Both the position numbers and the translations under genes were made by a program. Below the pieces are notes generated by a model. The model was not told the DNA's origin. It searched no databases and saw nothing but the letters and a program-made list of their open reading frames with translations. From IMG/VR virus record IMGVR_UViG_3300028837_000875, positions 24,572-88,571 of that record: 64,000 bases of DNA; one strand, 5' to 3'. This stretch comes from a virus. This document shows positions 10,841-19,730 of the stretch, in pieces. Numbering within the stretch: the stretch's first letter is position 1; each line of letters begins with the position of its first letter.

Positions 10841-11785
10841 ATGTTTTATGGATGTCCAGATTGTACTTCTGGATATTTTTCGCACGTAAAAGGTTTGGGT
10901 GGAGAAGAAGGCAAGGCAGTAGTTTTTTCTGACAAATATGATGGCGTAGATATGGTAGCAAAGATTATCAATGCTATCACTTCTGTATATGAAGGATATG
11001 GCTGTGGATTGGTGGTTGTGCCGCCTGGCCAGCACTACTCTGCTACTATTTTAACCCCAGTACAAGCCGTTCCAAAAGTCACAGTAATGGGGCTTGGATA
11101 TTATCTTGGTCAGTATAGTTTACCACCTACTCAACTTCTCCAAACAACAGACACATATGTAGTCAGACTTCTCACCCGAGGCAGTATATCTTTTTGTGGT
11201 TTAACTTTTATGTATGAACATCCACATAAAGGTATTGTAATGCATGGATACAATAGCGGTGCTGTCTATCTGCATCAATGTGGTCTGTATGGAGGATACA
11301 ACGGGCCTGAGACGTTAAGAGTTGAACAAAATGCTTCTGGTTGGGATATACGAGATTGTCAAATTGGCAGATATAATAATGGCGTAAATGGACATGCTAT
11401 TGTTTTTGATAATGCATACAATTGTCATTTGAAACGAGTTCGCGGCACTGTCAACGGGCATGGAGTAAAGATTTCTGGCAATGGTAGTGTGAGCAAGTAT
11501 AACAAAGACTTCAGTTTTGAAGAGTGCATGTTTGGCCCAGCCACGTATCAGGCAAATCAAAGAGACGCATACTACATTGATGCAGTGAATGTTGGACGGG
11601 TAGAGTGGCGTGATTGTACTCAGCTATCTTCACACGCTAACAACGGAGCCAACGCTCGTCATGCAATAAACTTGGTTTCAACTCCAGTTGACAGTCTGAA
11701 AATCTTTCATGGTAAGTTCTACGGGCAGACGGCGGCATTCAACGACAAGAGCAAGTTTGTGATGGATATGATTGAAATAGAATAG
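10841..11785 (+). CDS. Right-handed beta-helix (pectin-lyase-like) tailspike-type protein
   Basis: INAITS...LVVVPPGQHY N-cap; repeated GHAIVFDN/GHGVKIS/HAINL beta-helix rungs. Confidence 0.6.
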   Translation: MFYGCPDCTSGYFSHVKGLGGEEGKAVVFSDKYDGVDMVAKIINAITSVYEGYGCGLVVVPPGQHYSATILTPVQAVPKVTVMGLGYYLGQYSLPPTQLLQTTDTYVVRLLTRGSISFCGLTFMYEHPHKGIVMHGYNSGAVYLHQCGLYGGYNGPETLRVEQNASGWDIRDCQIGRYNNGVNGHAIVFDNAYNCHLKRVRGTVNGHGVKISGNGSVSKYNKDFSFEECMFGPATYQANQRDAYYIDAVNVGRVEWRDCTQLSSHANNGANARHAINLVSTPVDSLKIFHGKFYGQTAAFNDKSKFVMDMIEIE

Positions 11786-11795
11786 GAGAAAAACT

Positions 11796-12029
11796 ATGGG
11801 CATGAAATTGGAAACACAGGTAACAGAGACGCGGCAGATTGAGGCAGTTACTATTCGGATACTGGAACCTGAGAAGGATGTAACTGTTGAAGTATATTAC
11901 AGAAACAGAAGCGACATGACGCCATTCTTTGTAATGAAAGATAGTAAATCTGAAATAGGATTTGAGGCAGTCGAGCAGGCAACAAAAGCAATTCTTAATG
12001 CTATAGGAATTACTGTTACGGAGAAGTAG
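11796..12029 (+). CDS. Hypothetical protein
   Basis: AGGAG SD; in operon. Confidence 0.45.
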   Translation: MGMKLETQVTETRQIEAVTIRILEPEKDVTVEVYYRNRSDMTPFFVMKDSKSEIGFEAVEQATKAILNAIGITVTEK

Positions 12030-12030
12030 C

Positions 12031-12558
12031 ATGACGATAGAATCACGAAACTTAGATGTGCTACATTTTGCAGATATAGGAGCAGACCCTACAATTGCTG
12101 GTGAAGAAGTTCGGAATGGAGCCAGAAAGAAATTTCACGATGGTGCGATAGTACAGACAATTGCTTTCTTGAGCGACATTGGCGGTGGCGGTAGCCCAAC
12201 ACGTTTTGTGACGTTCAAAGTAGATGGCGGGGAAGCCCCACTTCTTCCGGGTTTTCAAGATTTCATTTTTGTCGGTTTTGCAGGTACTATCTCGGCTTGG
12301 GTCATTCTCGCAGATGCTCCAGGAGATATTAAGATAGACATTTGGAAGTGCGTCTATGCCGATTATCCGCCAAGTGATGAGGACTCTATTTGTGGTGGGC
12401 ATGAACCAGAGATTGCTGCGGCAGATAAGGACTTTGATGATGACCTGGAAGATTGGGATGACACTGCCTTAGCAATCGGAGACATCTTGAAATTTAATAT
12501 TGTTTCCAGCGACTTGATTAAGAAAGTAACATTGATGCTCATTTGTGAGCCAACTTAG
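12031..12558 (+). CDS. Putative virion accessory protein
   Basis: Acidic beta-rich ORF in tail operon. Confidence 0.45.
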   Translation: MTIESRNLDVLHFADIGADPTIAGEEVRNGARKKFHDGAIVQTIAFLSDIGGGGSPTRFVTFKVDGGEAPLLPGFQDFIFVGFAGTISAWVILADAPGDIKIDIWKCVYADYPPSDEDSICGGHEPEIAAADKDFDDDLEDWDDTALAIGDILKFNIVSSDLIKKVTLMLICEPT

Positions 12559-12569
12559 AGGAGATTCAA

Positions 12570-13349
12570 ATGGGATTTGTCGCCGGTTCTATTGGAGCTA
12601 CTGCAAGGAATAGTTTTGGTGAAGCAATAGCGGCATGGTTGATTGCTAACGCTGGTTGGACAAGATGTGAAGTGGGCTACACTGGCGTAGAAAGTCCAGA
12701 CGGAAACTGGGTTTTACAATATGTAATAACAGGAAGCAGTAGCATTGACGAATTGCGTTTCAGCAAAACATGGGACGCAGTTGCACATACACCAACGAGT
12801 TATGCTTGTATACAAATTAAATTTTGCTCTTCGTCATCTTCAAACATGTATGCTCTTCTGATTGCAGCAAGAGATTCGGACTACATTACGTTAAGATTGA
12901 CGAGTTCTTCTTCTCCATACTATCCAATTATCTATGCGTTCAGAAAGAATGGTTACATTGGGGCTGCAACAAATTCGCTGGTTGGTGGTACTTCGTACAT
13001 AGCAGTGCCAGTTTACACGGCTGCGATTTGGAGAGAGCTTGATGATGCTAAGCCACGAGGCTATTTCCCGGTGTTAATGCAGCCATGTGCTCTCGGAACA
13101 ACGTATGGTTATATTTCACATTTCTCGATTGTGACTGCTCCGAGTACAAAGACATTGCTCTTTCCGATATACTGTTCTGCAAATGACGGGGTTGAATTAT
13201 TTGCGCTGGACGACATTTACGGGCCTGGTGCTGATTTGATTGACGGGGATACTATTCAATATGATGGAAAGACATTCACCGTCTACACTCCTACCAATGT
13301 AGCTTGTCAGTCACAACTTTTGAAATGTCTTGCGTTGAGGACAGCATAA
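12570..13349 (+). CDS. Putative virion accessory protein
   Basis: Ser/Thr/Gly-rich; C-terminal DGDTIQYDGKTF. Confidence 0.45.
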   Translation: MGFVAGSIGATARNSFGEAIAAWLIANAGWTRCEVGYTGVESPDGNWVLQYVITGSSSIDELRFSKTWDAVAHTPTSYACIQIKFCSSSSSNMYALLIAARDSDYITLRLTSSSSPYYPIIYAFRKNGYIGAATNSLVGGTSYIAVPVYTAAIWRELDDAKPRGYFPVLMQPCALGTTYGYISHFSIVTAPSTKTLLFPIYCSANDGVELFALDDIYGPGADLIDGDTIQYDGKTFTVYTPTNVACQSQLLKCLALRTA

Positions 13350-13681
13350 TGGCAAACTATCCTGATGGCGAACCATTCGCAGGTGGCAAGACAGATGTTG
13401 CTTGGTCTGAAGCATACTATGACCAAGACAATGGAGCTAATCCTGCTGACTGGGTTTTAAGAAGTTCACTCGCACTCAGAGGCAGAGGAGTAGAAGGAGC
13501 CTTGAAACTTTGTACAGCAACCCCAACAAATTTTCTCTTTTGGGGCGCTGGTGAAACAACTCCTGTTGGTGCTAAGATGAAAGGATTGTTTGTTGGTTCT
13601 TTCCCGGCAGGAATTTACATGGGGACTCCTGTCAGTCATAGCTTCCCTTCTTGCATAAGGACTTCAGCAGGAGTAGGATAA
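13349..13681 (+). CDS. Hypothetical protein
   Basis: ATG 13349 overlaps upstream stop (TAATG). Confidence 0.45.
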   Translation: MANYPDGEPFAGGKTDVAWSEAYYDQDNGANPADWVLRSSLALRGRGVEGALKLCTATPTNFLFWGAGETTPVGAKMKGLFVGSFPAGIYMGTPVSHSFPSCIRTSAGVG

Positions 13682-13890
13682 TGAAGATAACTTTCAAAGT
13701 CACAGCAACATTCAAGGTTGATGAAGTGGAGCTGGACGAAACAGAAAATATCAACTTGATTGGTGACACAATCGGTGATGGTATTTCGGAGAGACTCAAA
13801 GAAGCATTTGATATTGACATCAACGATGGGCGGACAGTTCAGGCAAAACTTTTTGAGATGGAAGTTGCTTCAGACGGAATAAATGAATAG
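13681..13890 (+). CDS. Hypothetical acidic protein
   Basis: TAATG coupling and AGGAG SD. Confidence 0.45.
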   Translation: MKITFKVTATFKVDEVELDETENINLIGDTIGDGISERLKEAFDIDINDGRTVQAKLFEMEVASDGINE

Positions 13891-13899
13891 GAAGTTTCG

Positions 13900-15051
13900 A
13901 TGATAGAGTATATTGCAGATAAGTTCAACGAGACTCCGGCTGACATTGACAACAACAAGAAAGTTGTTGGGGGAGCGCTTCAGCTTTGGCAGGACTTCTT
14001 TGGGGTTGCTCTTGACGGCCATTGGGCGATAGGAACTCATCCATATTGGACTAACCCAGCAGGAACAAATATCATAGAGATTGGGGGCGACCTTCATTGT
14101 GAAACTTATTCTGCGGCGATGGTAGGCAGAGCTATTTATTCTCCTGCTGTTTTCAATGACTTGACATGCGTGATTGATTGGAATAACTTTGCGTGGGGAA
14201 ATGCTGACCATGACGCGAGCATGTTCATATTCAAAGACATCAACAATTATGTGTGGTTGCGGAGGTATGCCAATCCTTACTGGGCCAGTCTACATTTGAT
14301 AGTGTGTAACAAATGTGTTGCTGGGGTGCTAAGCGAAATAGCGCGTATCAACTTCTTCCCCACTGCTCCAAGAAACGGAAAGTTCAAGATTGTACGAGTC
14401 GCGGATATATTTGAGTTCTGGTATGATGTTGGCGCCGGCTGGGTGTTGTTAGCTACTTCTTCCGCTGCCATTGGTGCTGACTGCCAGTTGGTTCTGGCTA
14501 TTGCTGGAAGCGGATACCCTGCAAACAACTGGACTGAGATTGACTACGCATCGTGTGAGCTTTTCGATTCAAATTATTTTTGGGATGACCTGCCTTGGAT
14601 ATATGTCATCGCTTCTGAAGGAGTAGAGCATGCGTTTGATGCTGGTGTTGGAGAGACGTGGAAACTTACAGGAGCATCTTGCGTATCTGGGCCGTTAAGC
14701 TCCTCTCTCCTCTTTGAACTTGGGGTCTCAGATTCAGGACTATTCATTGATGTTGATTGGAAAGATATTATCTTCAAACCGATAGCACAGATTGCTGCTA
14801 ATGCGGCAGCAGGATTGTATGACGACCACAGATATATACATGTCAAGGCTCAGTATGTTTCTGACGGAACAGTTCAATCCTTTCTTACAAGTTTTAGTAT
14901 TTCAGAACTTAGTCCTCCTTCAGTCACTATAAAGAGACAGTTGATTGTTCCGTTGATTGATAAACAAATAACAATAGCGAGAGAGAGTAAAAGAATAACT
15001 ATTCCAAAGAAGCCAAAGAAACAGCTTACGTTTCAAGTGCCTATAAACTAA
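13900..15051 (+). CDS. Virion protein with lectin/ConA-like beta-sandwich
   Basis: Trp-rich; FKIVRVADIFEFWYD..GWVLL pattern of ConA-like folds. Confidence 0.5.
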   Translation: MIEYIADKFNETPADIDNNKKVVGGALQLWQDFFGVALDGHWAIGTHPYWTNPAGTNIIEIGGDLHCETYSAAMVGRAIYSPAVFNDLTCVIDWNNFAWGNADHDASMFIFKDINNYVWLRRYANPYWASLHLIVCNKCVAGVLSEIARINFFPTAPRNGKFKIVRVADIFEFWYDVGAGWVLLATSSAAIGADCQLVLAIAGSGYPANNWTEIDYASCELFDSNYFWDDLPWIYVIASEGVEHAFDAGVGETWKLTGASCVSGPLSSSLLFELGVSDSGLFIDVDWKDIIFKPIAQIAANAAAGLYDDHRYIHVKAQYVSDGTVQSFLTSFSISELSPPSVTIKRQLIVPLIDKQITIARESKRITIPKKPKKQLTFQVPIN

Positions 15052-15070
15052 TAGATTTGGAGGAACAACA

Positions 15071-15439
15071 ATGACTGCTGAAGTTGAGCTACAAGAAACT
15101 ATATTCAAGCAAAAGGAAGCAGGCCCGCTTGAATTTCTTTACGTTGATGAAAATGGAAGTCCGATTGATGTTTCTACTGGCACTTTCAATTTGTTAGTAA
15201 AGGAAAATAAAAGTAAAGATGATGCAGATGCTATCATTACCAAAGCCGATGCAGACTTAGATAAAACTCAAGCTGACGTTGGAAAAATAATAGCAACTAT
15301 TTTAGAAGCTGATACTGACCAGCTTGCAAAAAAATGGCTTGGTGAAATGAGAGCAGTCTTTGGTCCTGATGATATTGAAAAGAGCGATGACTTTTGGTTT
15401 ACAATAAGAGAAGCAATTCACAAAGACGATGCTCCTTAG
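15071..15439 (+). CDS. BppU-like baseplate/structural protein
   Basis: DENGSPIDVSTGTF...GKIIATILEADTDQL pattern of BppU N-terminal domains. Confidence 0.5.
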   Translation: MTAEVELQETIFKQKEAGPLEFLYVDENGSPIDVSTGTFNLLVKENKSKDDADAIITKADADLDKTQADVGKIIATILEADTDQLAKKWLGEMRAVFGPDDIEKSDDFWFTIREAIHKDDAP

Positions 15440-15447
15440 GAGAAACC

Positions 15448-15651
15448 GTGCAGGATAATTGTCAAGAAGGAATAAAAGCAGCTAACTTTAGAATTGCGTT
15501 GAAACATTTGAAGATAGCTTGGGATGCTCTAATAAAAACTGACAGAGCAGATTTAGGAAAGAGACTCAAGAAGATTGGAAGGCAAATCATAAGTGATGCT
15601 TTCAAAACATTGCCAGAAGATTTGGCAAGAAGGCTTGCAAATTCAGAATAA
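15448..15651 (+). CDS. Hypothetical protein
   Basis: AGGAG SD before GTG 15448. Confidence 0.4.
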   Translation: MQDNCQEGIKAANFRIALKHLKIAWDALIKTDRADLGKRLKKIGRQIISDAFKTLPEDLARRLANSE

Positions 15652-15745
15652 GAAAAAAGGTACTTTAAATTGAAAGAACAAGCAGCAAAACAAGTCATTC
15701 ATAAACGCGCCTCTGAGGCTCTCAAATCATCTATCTGGTATGAAT

Positions 15746-15790
15746 CATTGTGTTTCTCAACACAATGGCTTAGGCAAGGTCCTAGGACGT
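15746..15790. repeat. 9-bp hairpin plus GTCCTAGGAC palindrome (dispersed intergenic element, copy 1, reverse orientation)
   Basis: CATTGTGTT-TCTC-AACACAATG at 15746-15767; GTCCTAGGAC at 15779-15788. Confidence 0.7.
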
Positions 15791-15877
15791 CCTACAGAGT
15801 TAATATTCAGCAAAGCGTAGAGAGGATTTAGACGTGTCAGTTTATCGTATAAGAGCAAAGAGGATAGGAGGTGCTTC

Positions 15878-16087
15878 ATGGATACAGCAATAGTAATAAG
15901 CCTCATAGGTATTATCCTAACGCCATTGCTTACTGCTGCGTTTGTTTTCGGAGTGATGCGCGGAACAATAAACGGATTGAAAGAAAAAGTTGATAAGCTC
16001 TGCGGAGCCATCAATATAACGCACAAGCGTATAGATAATCACTTAGAAGGACATTGTAAATCTTGTCCAGGTACTCGCAAGAAGTAA
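15878..16087 (+). CDS. Holin-like membrane protein
   Basis: N-terminal TM helix plus coiled coil; end of the structural module. Confidence 0.5.
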   Translation: MDTAIVISLIGIILTPLLTAAFVFGVMRGTINGLKEKVDKLCGAINITHKRIDNHLEGHCKSCPGTRKK

Positions 16088-16097
16088 GGAGGAAGAA

Positions 16098-16415
16098 ATG
16101 GATATTGGTTTGAATGTCGAGACAATAGCAATTGTAATTACGCTTGTGAGTATAATTATTACTTTCATCCAAGTCAAGAAAAGAAAAGGCTGGAAGGCCG
16201 CTCTGCTTGCAGTGATGAGGACAATTCAAGGCGCCAAGGTTGATGAAGAAACAAAAGAGAAAGTTGAAGCTGCATTGAAAATTGCAGAAGAAATCAAAAA
16301 GCAATGGGACAAAAATTCAAAAGTCAAAGCCATTGCCAATATTGGCTCATTCATTGATACTGTTTATGATGCTCAAGTTAAAGACATCGAGAAGTGGAAG
16401 AATAAAATTCAATAA
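16098..16415 (+). CDS. Holin-like membrane protein
   Basis: N-terminal TM followed by a basic stretch; next to the previous membrane ORF. Confidence 0.45.
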   Translation: MDIGLNVETIAIVITLVSIIITFIQVKKRKGWKAALLAVMRTIQGAKVDEETKEKVEAALKIAEEIKKQWDKNSKVKAIANIGSFIDTVYDAQVKDIEKWKNKIQ

Positions 16416-16422
16416 GAGACTT

Positions 16423-16510
16423 GGTGAAATGGCAGTCGGCTAATTGCTGGCTACATTTCTTACCTCCAGAGGGGCCGATGGATTCTTATTCCTCGGCCTT
16501 CTCTCTTTCT
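16423..16510 (+). terminator. Two tandem RNA hairpins ending the late operon (terminator or structured RNA)
   Basis: GAAATG-GCAGTCGGC/GCTGGCTA-CATTTC stem with G-U pairs; GAGGGGCCGA/TCGGCCTTCTC stem followed by a pyrimidine run. Confidence 0.5.
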
Positions 16511-16516
16511 CTAAAG

Positions 16517-16538
16517 AGTCAACCTTACTCGGATAGAT
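16517..16538 (+). promoter_or_regulatory. Putative phage promoter motif AGTCAAnnnTACTCGGATAGAT (copy 1)
   Basis: 19/22 identical to 31822-31843; both follow hairpins and precede operons. Confidence 0.55.
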
Positions 16539-16563
16539 GATGATTGTATGAAGGATTATATCT

Positions 16564-17988
16564 GTGACAAAGCTAATAGTACATTTGAGCGATTCGTATA
16601 TTATCAAACTGAATCGGCTCTCGAAAGCCGAACAGCTCAATCTTCGTAACAGTTTTTCTAAGAAGAATCCTCAATATTATAAGCTCAGAGCATTAGGTTA
16701 TTCAACTCAAGGCATCAAAGCGCACATAAATCTTTTCGATATTCGTGGCGACAAAATCTGTCTACCTCGAGGAAATCGAGAGTTAATGGAAAATTTGCTG
16801 CCTGGCAAGGAGCTTGAATTTGTTGATGAACGAATCACTATTCCTCTTAGTAAAGACATCAAATTTAGAAAAGGATTCAAGTTTTGGACAGAACAAGAGA
16901 AAGCAATTGAAAGCGCCATCATTCAAGAACAAGGATTGATTCAAGGCGAGTGCGGTTCAGGCAAGACAGAAATATTACTAGGCATATTTGCTGAGCTTGG
17001 ACAGCGCACGTTGGTGGTTGTTGATAAGCTTGAACTAATGAAGCAATGGGTAAAGAGAGTCAAGGCAAGATTCGAGAACGTCGAAGTAAAAACAATTGGT
17101 GCTGGAAAGTGGGGCGTTGGTGATTTGACTATTGGCTCTCAGAAAACACTGTATAAGCACGCAAGCAAATTGCAGAACAAATTCGGAGCTATACTGTGTG
17201 ATGAAGTACATCACTTTGCCGCGCCCACTTTCCAGGACCTCATTTCCAAGATGCCGGCAAGATATAGAATTGGAGCTACAGCGACTCTTGCAAGAAAGGA
17301 CCGAAAGGAATTTTTAGTATACGCTGCATTTGGAAATGTTCTGCACACCATAACAGATGCTGATTTGAAAGAAGAGGGAAAGATATTTGAAATTGAAATG
17401 ATAGTTGTTCCAACTGATTTTGAGTGCTGTTCTTATATTGAAACTTATACTAACAAGATGACTAACGAAGAAGAAATTGTAAATTACAATTATCATGCTT
17501 TGCTTACTGAAATGAAAGTAGATGAACTCCGTAATCAACTACTTTTAGAGTTCATTGAAAAAGAGGTAAACAAAGGACATAAGTGTCTTGTGATGGCTGA
17601 CCGCATAGCCCATTGCATTTATATTAGGAGACTCTTGCAAAAGCGCAATATTTCAACTGGGCTAATGGTTGGAGAAAAAGAATTCGAGCAAGAGCGAGAG
17701 CAAGCACCAGAGCAACTCAAAAACGGTAAGATTTCTTGCATCGTAGTTTCTCCTCTTGTCCAAGAAGGATTTGACTTGCCAGAACTCGATAGAGGATTCA
17801 TCATAAATCCTTCAGCTAATAATGAAGGCAAGCTCAAGCAGCAAGCCGGAAGAATCAAGAGGATAGCTAAGGGAAAGAAGTCTGCAAAGGTTTATTATTT
17901 CTGGGATAAGAAAGTGCACGGCTTTCAAGCACACTTGAGGAAGATTCAAAAGCTCTTCCCGAAAACAAAGGTCTATGTTAAGCGATAA
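16564..17988 (+). CDS. Superfamily 2 DNA helicase (DEAH-type)
   Basis: GSGKT Walker A, DEVHH, ATAT, EGFDLP, QQAGRIKR motifs. Confidence 0.9.
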   Translation: MTKLIVHLSDSYIIKLNRLSKAEQLNLRNSFSKKNPQYYKLRALGYSTQGIKAHINLFDIRGDKICLPRGNRELMENLLPGKELEFVDERITIPLSKDIKFRKGFKFWTEQEKAIESAIIQEQGLIQGECGSGKTEILLGIFAELGQRTLVVVDKLELMKQWVKRVKARFENVEVKTIGAGKWGVGDLTIGSQKTLYKHASKLQNKFGAILCDEVHHFAAPTFQDLISKMPARYRIGATATLARKDRKEFLVYAAFGNVLHTITDADLKEEGKIFEIEMIVVPTDFECCSYIETYTNKMTNEEEIVNYNYHALLTEMKVDELRNQLLLEFIEKEVNKGHKCLVMADRIAHCIYIRRLLQKRNISTGLMVGEKEFEQEREQAPEQLKNGKISCIVVSPLVQEGFDLPELDRGFIINPSANNEGKLKQQAGRIKRIAKGKKSAKVYYFWDKKVHGFQAHLRKIQKLFPKTKVYVKR

Positions 17989-19048
17989 AGAAAAATCAAG
18001 AATAAAAGCGATAGAGGAAATCCTCTACAGAAATAAAACTGGGAACTATGCTGTAGCTCCTCTGCGGCTTATCGCTTATATCATTGTAGTTTTTGGTGAC
18101 CAGCGTATAATTCATCTAAGCTACAAAGATGAATGGATTAAGTTAAATTTCACACGCATAAGTTATATGCGTAGCGTTTCTTTTCTCAAGCTTAAAGATA
18201 TACTTCAAAGAAAAGTTTCTGGCAAAGATGTCTATAAGGTTAATTTCAAATATCTCAAAAATATAATTGTAGATGCACTTGATATTGAGGCTCTTTTAGA
18301 GATTGATAGTTTCTTTAAGTTCAGGAAGAAAAAGCTTAAAGTCAAACGTCTAAAAGAAAAAAGTAGTCAAACAGATAGTTCGGCTAATTTTAGTCTATAT
18401 AGATACAATAGGCCAGATGGCACAAAAAGAAACACATCTAAGTTAGATGTAGATGTAGATGTTAGGAAAGTAGATGTTAAGAAAAAAGAGTCTTTAGACT
18501 CTATGATAAAAACAAATGTGCAATCTAAATCTGCTTCAATAAAATCTTTGTCTAAATTAAAGTCTCTTATCAGGCAACGTTCTGGAAAGCCTCGCAAATC
18601 TCTTCGGAAAGACTCAACAGAACTCTATGGGCAATTCAAATTCAACCCTTCAGAGAATCCAAAGCTTTGTTCTTGGAAAAGCAGAGAAATTGAAAAGTGG
18701 CGTTCTATAGATTTCCTTGGCTATTATATCTGTCTTTATAAAGAGGAGACTGAATTAGAAAACATCTCTTTGCAGAATGACCAAGCTTACAGTAAAGTCA
18801 AACACATGATTCGTGATATGCTTAAACGTTGGTTCAATGGCAACAAGAAAATGATGTATGACTATCTCAAATGGTCTGTTCATTATTTCACACATGAAAT
18901 GGATGGAAGATATTCACCATCAATTGGAACACTGCTCAATCCATACAAGCAAACTCATTGGGTGTATGATTTATTTGTGAAGAATAAAAGCAAAAAAGGA
19001 AAGAGAAGTAAGGATAACAAGTGGGCATCAGAAAAAACATGGAGGTAG
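17975..19048 (+). CDS. Putative replication initiator protein
   Basis: Basic protein immediately upstream of DnaC-like and DnaB genes; internal TAGATG repeats. Confidence 0.45.
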   Translation: MLSDKEKSRIKAIEEILYRNKTGNYAVAPLRLIAYIIVVFGDQRIIHLSYKDEWIKLNFTRISYMRSVSFLKLKDILQRKVSGKDVYKVNFKYLKNIIVDALDIEALLEIDSFFKFRKKKLKVKRLKEKSSQTDSSANFSLYRYNRPDGTKRNTSKLDVDVDVRKVDVKKKESLDSMIKTNVQSKSASIKSLSKLKSLIRQRSGKPRKSLRKDSTELYGQFKFNPSENPKLCSWKSREIEKWRSIDFLGYYICLYKEETELENISLQNDQAYSKVKHMIRDMLKRWFNGNKKMMYDYLKWSVHYFTHEMDGRYSPSIGTLLNPYKQTHWVYDLFVKNKSKKGKRSKDNKWASEKTWR

Positions 19049-19051
19049 AAG

Positions 19052-19729
19052 ATGGCAAAAGATTCATGGCATGAGCGAAGAAAAGTTTTAATGCCGGCGA
19101 TTGTTGATAGGTTGCAAGAAGGACTTCATCCGGATGATATTCTATATCTTGCAGAAAGAGGACTGCCGAGAAAATTCATTAAGTACAATCTTGAGGACTA
19201 TCTCAGATTTATTAAGAATGAATCTTGGGAACTAATGAGCTGTTACGTTAGAGAATTTTGGGAGCGATTGAATCAGGGTAAAGGATTGATGTTTGTCGGT
19301 CCAGTTGGAACTGGCAAAACTTCAGCGGCTACAGCTATGCTCAAATATACTTTTGCATTTCTAAAGAACGATGAATTCTTTCAAGCGTTCGCTGATAATT
19401 TTCCAGGACGATTGAGTCCAGAATTCATAGTTTACTTTTGGCCGTCAGCACAAATATTGATGGACTACTTCAGATGCAAGGATGAATTTCAAGGCAAAGT
19501 TAATTCAATTGTGTTAGTTATTGATGACGTTACAAAAGTCTCTCAAGATATTTATAAAGAGGTTCTTGATTATATTGTGCGTTATCGAGACCATAGCGGA
19601 CTGCCGACAATTATAACTTCTCAATGTCCATTGAAGGAACTATTCGATTTATTTGGATTAGCAATTCACGATATACTTAGAGGCAATAACGAGGAGATTA
19701 AGCTTATAGGAGAATCTAAGAGGGGATAG
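19052..19729 (+). CDS. DnaC/IstB-like AAA+ helicase loader
   Basis: GLMFVGPVGTGKT Walker A; LVIDDV Walker B; LPTIITS. Confidence 0.8.
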   Translation: MAKDSWHERRKVLMPAIVDRLQEGLHPDDILYLAERGLPRKFIKYNLEDYLRFIKNESWELMSCYVREFWERLNQGKGLMFVGPVGTGKTSAATAMLKYTFAFLKNDEFFQAFADNFPGRLSPEFIVYFWPSAQILMDYFRCKDEFQGKVNSIVLVIDDVTKVSQDIYKEVLDYIVRYRDHSGLPTIITSQCPLKELFDLFGLAIHDILRGNNEEIKLIGESKRG

Positions 19730-19730
19730 A

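Noticed and set aside
16420-16510. tRNA gene
   Set aside because: No cloverleaf, T-loop GTTC or CCA end; only two hairpins.
19052-19729. IS21 IstB helper indicating an IS element
   Set aside because: No IstA transposase or terminal repeats; the context next to dnaB indicates a helicase loader.
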